Assembly: GCA_964035545.1 (NCBI GenBank)
Contig: OZ037765.1
Coordinates: 17,980,995 to 18,044,994 of the forward strand
Origin: Bugula neritina
Taxonomy: Eukaryota; Animalia; Bryozoa
DNA length: 64,000 nucleotides
Reading direction: 5' to 3'
Shown: piece after piece, positions 59,641-64,000 of the stretch
Layout of the letters: the number at the start of each line of letters is the position of its first letter
Numbering within the stretch: the stretch's first letter is position 1
Position numbers and translations under genes: made by a program
The notes under the pieces: model-generated
The model's input: the letters and a program-made list of their open reading frames with translations, nothing else
What the model was told of the DNA's origin: nothing
The model's database searches: none

Positions 59641-62600
59641 TGATGCAAATCTTTACGTTTAAAACTACAATTCAGATAGGTCCTTTGTGTATGCTTCAAA
59701 AATCGCTATTTATCAAATAACTTTAAAAGAGATTTATAGAAAAGGAACAGCTGTGCTGTTAATATTCGTTGAAGCGTTTGTTTTGAGTTTGAAAATAAAA
59801 TGTTCAGTTTGCATAAGCTTGCAACTCAACCCAACTGAACAAATGGTAGGTACTTGTCATGCATAGAGTAGATTTGGAGTAGATTTGATGTCAAAAAATT
59901 GAGTGACAAGCAGTACCTTTAGAGGCATTAAAATTTGCAATTGCACAATCTGAAGTAGTTTAATTGGTTAATTAGTTTTTAACATGAATATCATTTGTTC
60001 ATGCTATAAAATTATCAAACTTATAATTATAGGCAAAGCAAGCACAGGATGCTTAAAAATGCCTGCCAGAAAATTATGAATTGCTAATTCCCAAGATACC
60101 TTACATAGCTGTGCTATATTTAGAATACATTGATAAGAGCAATTAGTTTATTGGATGTGGTATTATGAAACCTGGACTATACAGCAGGGCAAATTGTGAA
60201 GCCTTATTCTCAGTAAGTCTAGTAGGTGATAGTGCAACATTTTGAGCTTTCTAACTGAAATAAATTGCATTTCCATTCTAACATGTGTGCATACATGCAG
60301 TAACTTTGTTTTCTATTTTTTAAATAACACCTTTATATAAATCATGATCAAGAAAAAGCACAATAAGTGTAATATTATAGGGCTATAAGCATGAGGCACA
60401 ATGGCATTTAATTTGTTTTAAAAGTTACTTAATTCAATTTGGAGAACAACTAATGCAGAAGGCTAATTATTATCAATATCCCATAATGTATATTCTCTAT
60501 TTATCTTTTAAATGATCTGCAGTTTGGAGTCTTATACCAAATTTATAGTGGAACTCAATGAATACTGGATAGTGTTATCTTTCTTAAAGCAAGCTCAATG
60601 AGACAGACTAAGAAAAATTGGCTTTTAGACTTTCGATTCTTTTGTCATATTGCAACATTTCGCTAAGCCAAGTACTCTACCTAATATTAAATGCTCAGCT
60701 CAGGGATTTAGCAATGAAGCAAAGGCTTATCTTGCAAAGCAAAAACAATTATTGTACTCTTTTGGCCTCAATTAGTTGTAAATGCCACCAGATGATATTT
60801 TCATCTGCTATTTTTGTCCGCCAGCAGTAAAATTATAATTGTAGATAATTGGTAAATCTAAGGCATAAATGCTTTGTTTATAATCAAGTTGAGTATAGAT
60901 ATTATGGATATTAAATTTGTGGAACTTGCAATATTATGTAATTCTTTCAAAATATATACAAAGTTCATTAATTATCTCTCTTCTGATAACTAAATGGCAA
61001 GACTGAATCGTACTTACTAAACCATTATAAGAACAACCAAAAGCATGTGTTTTTTATTTAAATTACGATATGCTATTTTCTAACGATACTAACTGCTTTT
61101 AAGTAATTAGCTAATTTTAAGGGTTTGAGATTTTCAAATTTAAGCAGGTTAGATTTAGATCATCATTCTTGAATTTCAAACTTTCTCAAAATATAAAATC
61201 ATAAAAATCAATGAATGGTTAATAAAACTGACACTCAAACATCAAAAGCCAAATTATTAGTAAGTCTGCTAGTTTAAAGGTAGCGCTTATTTTTTGTAAC
61301 AAACTTCTGTGATTCATCAAACTTTTTGTTCTGTCCCCTAATAAAACTCTGATTTGTTGCAGGTAATTGTTTGTTAACTTTTCATTATTTACATTGAAAA
61401 TATTTTTTCTCTGCTTCTCTACTCCGGTTCTTAAGAGCTAAATCAATAAACCTAATTTTCTATGGCATTACTGATATGATGTGCAAAAAATAAATTATTT
61501 ATATTGCATAAGAGCTTTGTGAGTTCATATAAATAAAAACAAAGTTCTTATAACTTGTTCTCAACAACAAGGAAGTTTTAGGTTTCAGTGTAACGTGCAT
61601 TAGCTTAAGCCATTGCATGCTTTATATTTATGTATATAATTTGGGCATACTAAAGAGTAACTGTGCTGCAAGTATAACATTTTCATCAAATCATTCACTG
61701 TACAAAAAATCATCCAAACTGTCACCAACTTTTCGCCTATCTTCACCTATATCCACCCTGTACTACTGTTTGGGTAGGGGGAAGGGGGGGGGGTGTCACT
61801 AACTGAACAATTCTTATAAATAAAAGTTTTGACAGTGAGTTGAGAGAAAAGAATTTAGAATTTCAACTTATCGAAGTAAAATATTATCTGCCACCCCTCT
61901 GCAGCTCTTTTATATAGTACAAGTATTTAATTTAATTTTTGCAATAGCATTGTATATTATTTTTTTATAAAACTAGGCATGTTTATTATAGATTACTGCA
62001 GAACTACAATAACCATCAAAGTTTAGAAATTTAGTAAACAGATTAATGTAATATTTTATAGATTAAACCTGGTAAGCTGTTTGTGGTTACAAGTGGTCAA
62101 CAGCAAAAAGTGTCACATAATATGGCAACACCTTCTAGCCTCATTGTAAGTTTAATGAAGTTAGTTGTCACTTGTCGGTAGGTCAGGTAAAAGTGCACAC
62201 CTGAATTATTTAATAAAACAATGCTAAAGTTGTTATTTGAGACATTTTTTTTAAAACCAGTTACCAGCAATTAGTTTTTGAAGAAGAAGTCTTTAAAATT
62301 TTGGCTAATTTTAGAAATAATTACAGCGTTTAAAATAAAAGCTAATGATTAAATCTTGCTATAGAATAATAACAAAATCGAAAATATCTCAAACCTAAGA
62401 ATCAAGTTTACATTTTAATAAGTATTTAGTGTTAAAGTATTGAATTTTCTAGAGTTTTACAAGAGCTGAGTTTTACTTTGCTAAGCTAATGAAGCCACAA
62501 ACTAGAACTGCCAGCTGCTATAGCTGCTAGCAGTGTCACCGCAGAGTTGATGTCCACTTACAGATTGAAGATGGTCTCTCCTACTCTTATTCTTCCCGGA

Positions 62601-64000
62601 GATGAAGTGTGTGTTGCCTCGAAGAGATAGAAACTACGAGTGATGATGTATGCCTGTTATAACAGTAACATATACGATGAAATTAGTCAATCAGCTAATC
62701 ACTGGCTGCGATGAAACCCCTATAACAACATAATACACATGTAATACAATTGTAGCCTATATAAGTGGCAATCAATCTACTGTTGTAGTAACTATATCTA
62801 GATATTACATATCCAGTTCGTGAAATTTAATACGATTAATAGCAGGGCAATAAAGTTACAGACTATGGGCTGCTATTGAACATTATCTCATGAGTATTTG
62901 CTTTCCATTTTTAGAAAAATGTTATCAATCTTTTATATTACTAGTCAAATTATACAATTCTTCAGTTGCGGAGTATAAGATAACATTGATCAATGCAGAT
63001 TGAGAGTAGGCTGTAAACTTCATTTAGCTACGTGATATGATTTGATTGTACTTGTGCCATGATATATAAGCAGCTCTTGAATCCCTTGTAATACCATCAT
63101 GCAGCTGTGAGTTTATTCCTCAACTAGGCTTCATTAGGCTGTTAAGGTGCCAGGTGCACAAAAGTTTAAAAGATTTTCACCAATTCATTTATCCTTAGTA
63201 CAAAACAAAATTCTAATTGATTATAGCTTAAAAAGAGTGAAAAGGTTTTATATCATATTCCAAAAATGTGCTGAATGAGTCATCATTGAAGAAGCTACAG
63301 CTTTTAACTGCAGATCCTATTTGTTCCCGAAAAGGAAATTATAACAAGTTGCGGTTAATTAACCAAATCAAACTTTTTCTCTCCATTCCAGTTCAAAGTT
63401 TATGTACAGAATCTTGATCTTATTTACCAAATTTACTTCTTTTAATTCCAGTAATTAAAACGGCTGTTTTATTCAGTAATTTTGATTTGAAACTCCGTTT
63501 CTGTGACCAACTATTGTATATTGATTGGATTATGATGAAAAATGTTTTGAGAAGCATCTTAATAATACTGTTTAACAAACAGAAAGTCATTAACCTAATT
63601 TTTACAGAGTGCTTGCATTTTTGCACTATTAGCTAAAGTGTTGATAAGTGGGTTATAACCATACAAGTATTTATTCGTAAATTATTTGTGAAGATAAAAA
63701 GTTGAAGAAGGATGGCCAGGTATATTAATACTGTATATAGAAAGAGAGCCAAAATACTATTAGTGTATGCTGATGGGTAGTTTAGTAATTATATCCAATT
63801 ACAATTATATGTCAACCTATGGCAGTACTATAAAGGTCAACGCCCTACAGCCAGCAATATTGTTCTGTACAAAATTTATGATTTCTTTCAAATCTGAGCT
63901 TAGCTGTAAATCAACATAGCATTAAATCTTGTTTGTAAAAGCCTGCAAAAATAGTTTAAACATGAATTCATCCTTCATTGTTTTTCTTTGTTGGTAGGTA

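Noticed and set aside
61771-61795. G-rich run able to form a G-quadruplex (also the C23 run at 3219)
   Set aside because: These are isolated homopolymer-like runs in non-coding DNA with no supporting context.

Overview
AT-rich, intron-rich animal (invertebrate-type) genomic DNA; no prokaryotic features. Host genes, left to right: a multi-exon coiled-coil gene resembling CCDC171 (minus, runs off the left edge); PP2A B55 regulatory subunit PPP2R2/twins (plus, 10 coding exons, one U12-type intron); DEAD-box helicase DDX41/abstrakt (minus, tail-to-tail with PPP2R2); a decaying C2H2 zinc-finger gene (minus); a PTB-only DOK-like adaptor (plus); and a peptide GPCR with a single coding exon (minus). 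There are two young Ty3/Gypsy LTR elements with 5-bp target-site duplications (TSDs). The first (39327-43768) is a Gmr1-like element with a SCAN-like capsid and PR-IN order. It keeps an intact Gag-PR-IN ORF and apparently identical LTRs but has lost RT and most of RNase H, and it lies inside a predicted intron of the ZNF gene. The second (46428-50859) is an intact Mag-like element whose 3' LTR is 65 nt shorter than its 5' LTR yet has a clean TSD. Several LINE fragments, a foldback element, a SINE remnant and scrambled AGT/ACT-rich tracts are also present; these tracts recur just downstream of the predicted first exons of four genes. Exon boundaries were read by eye; no database searches were run.
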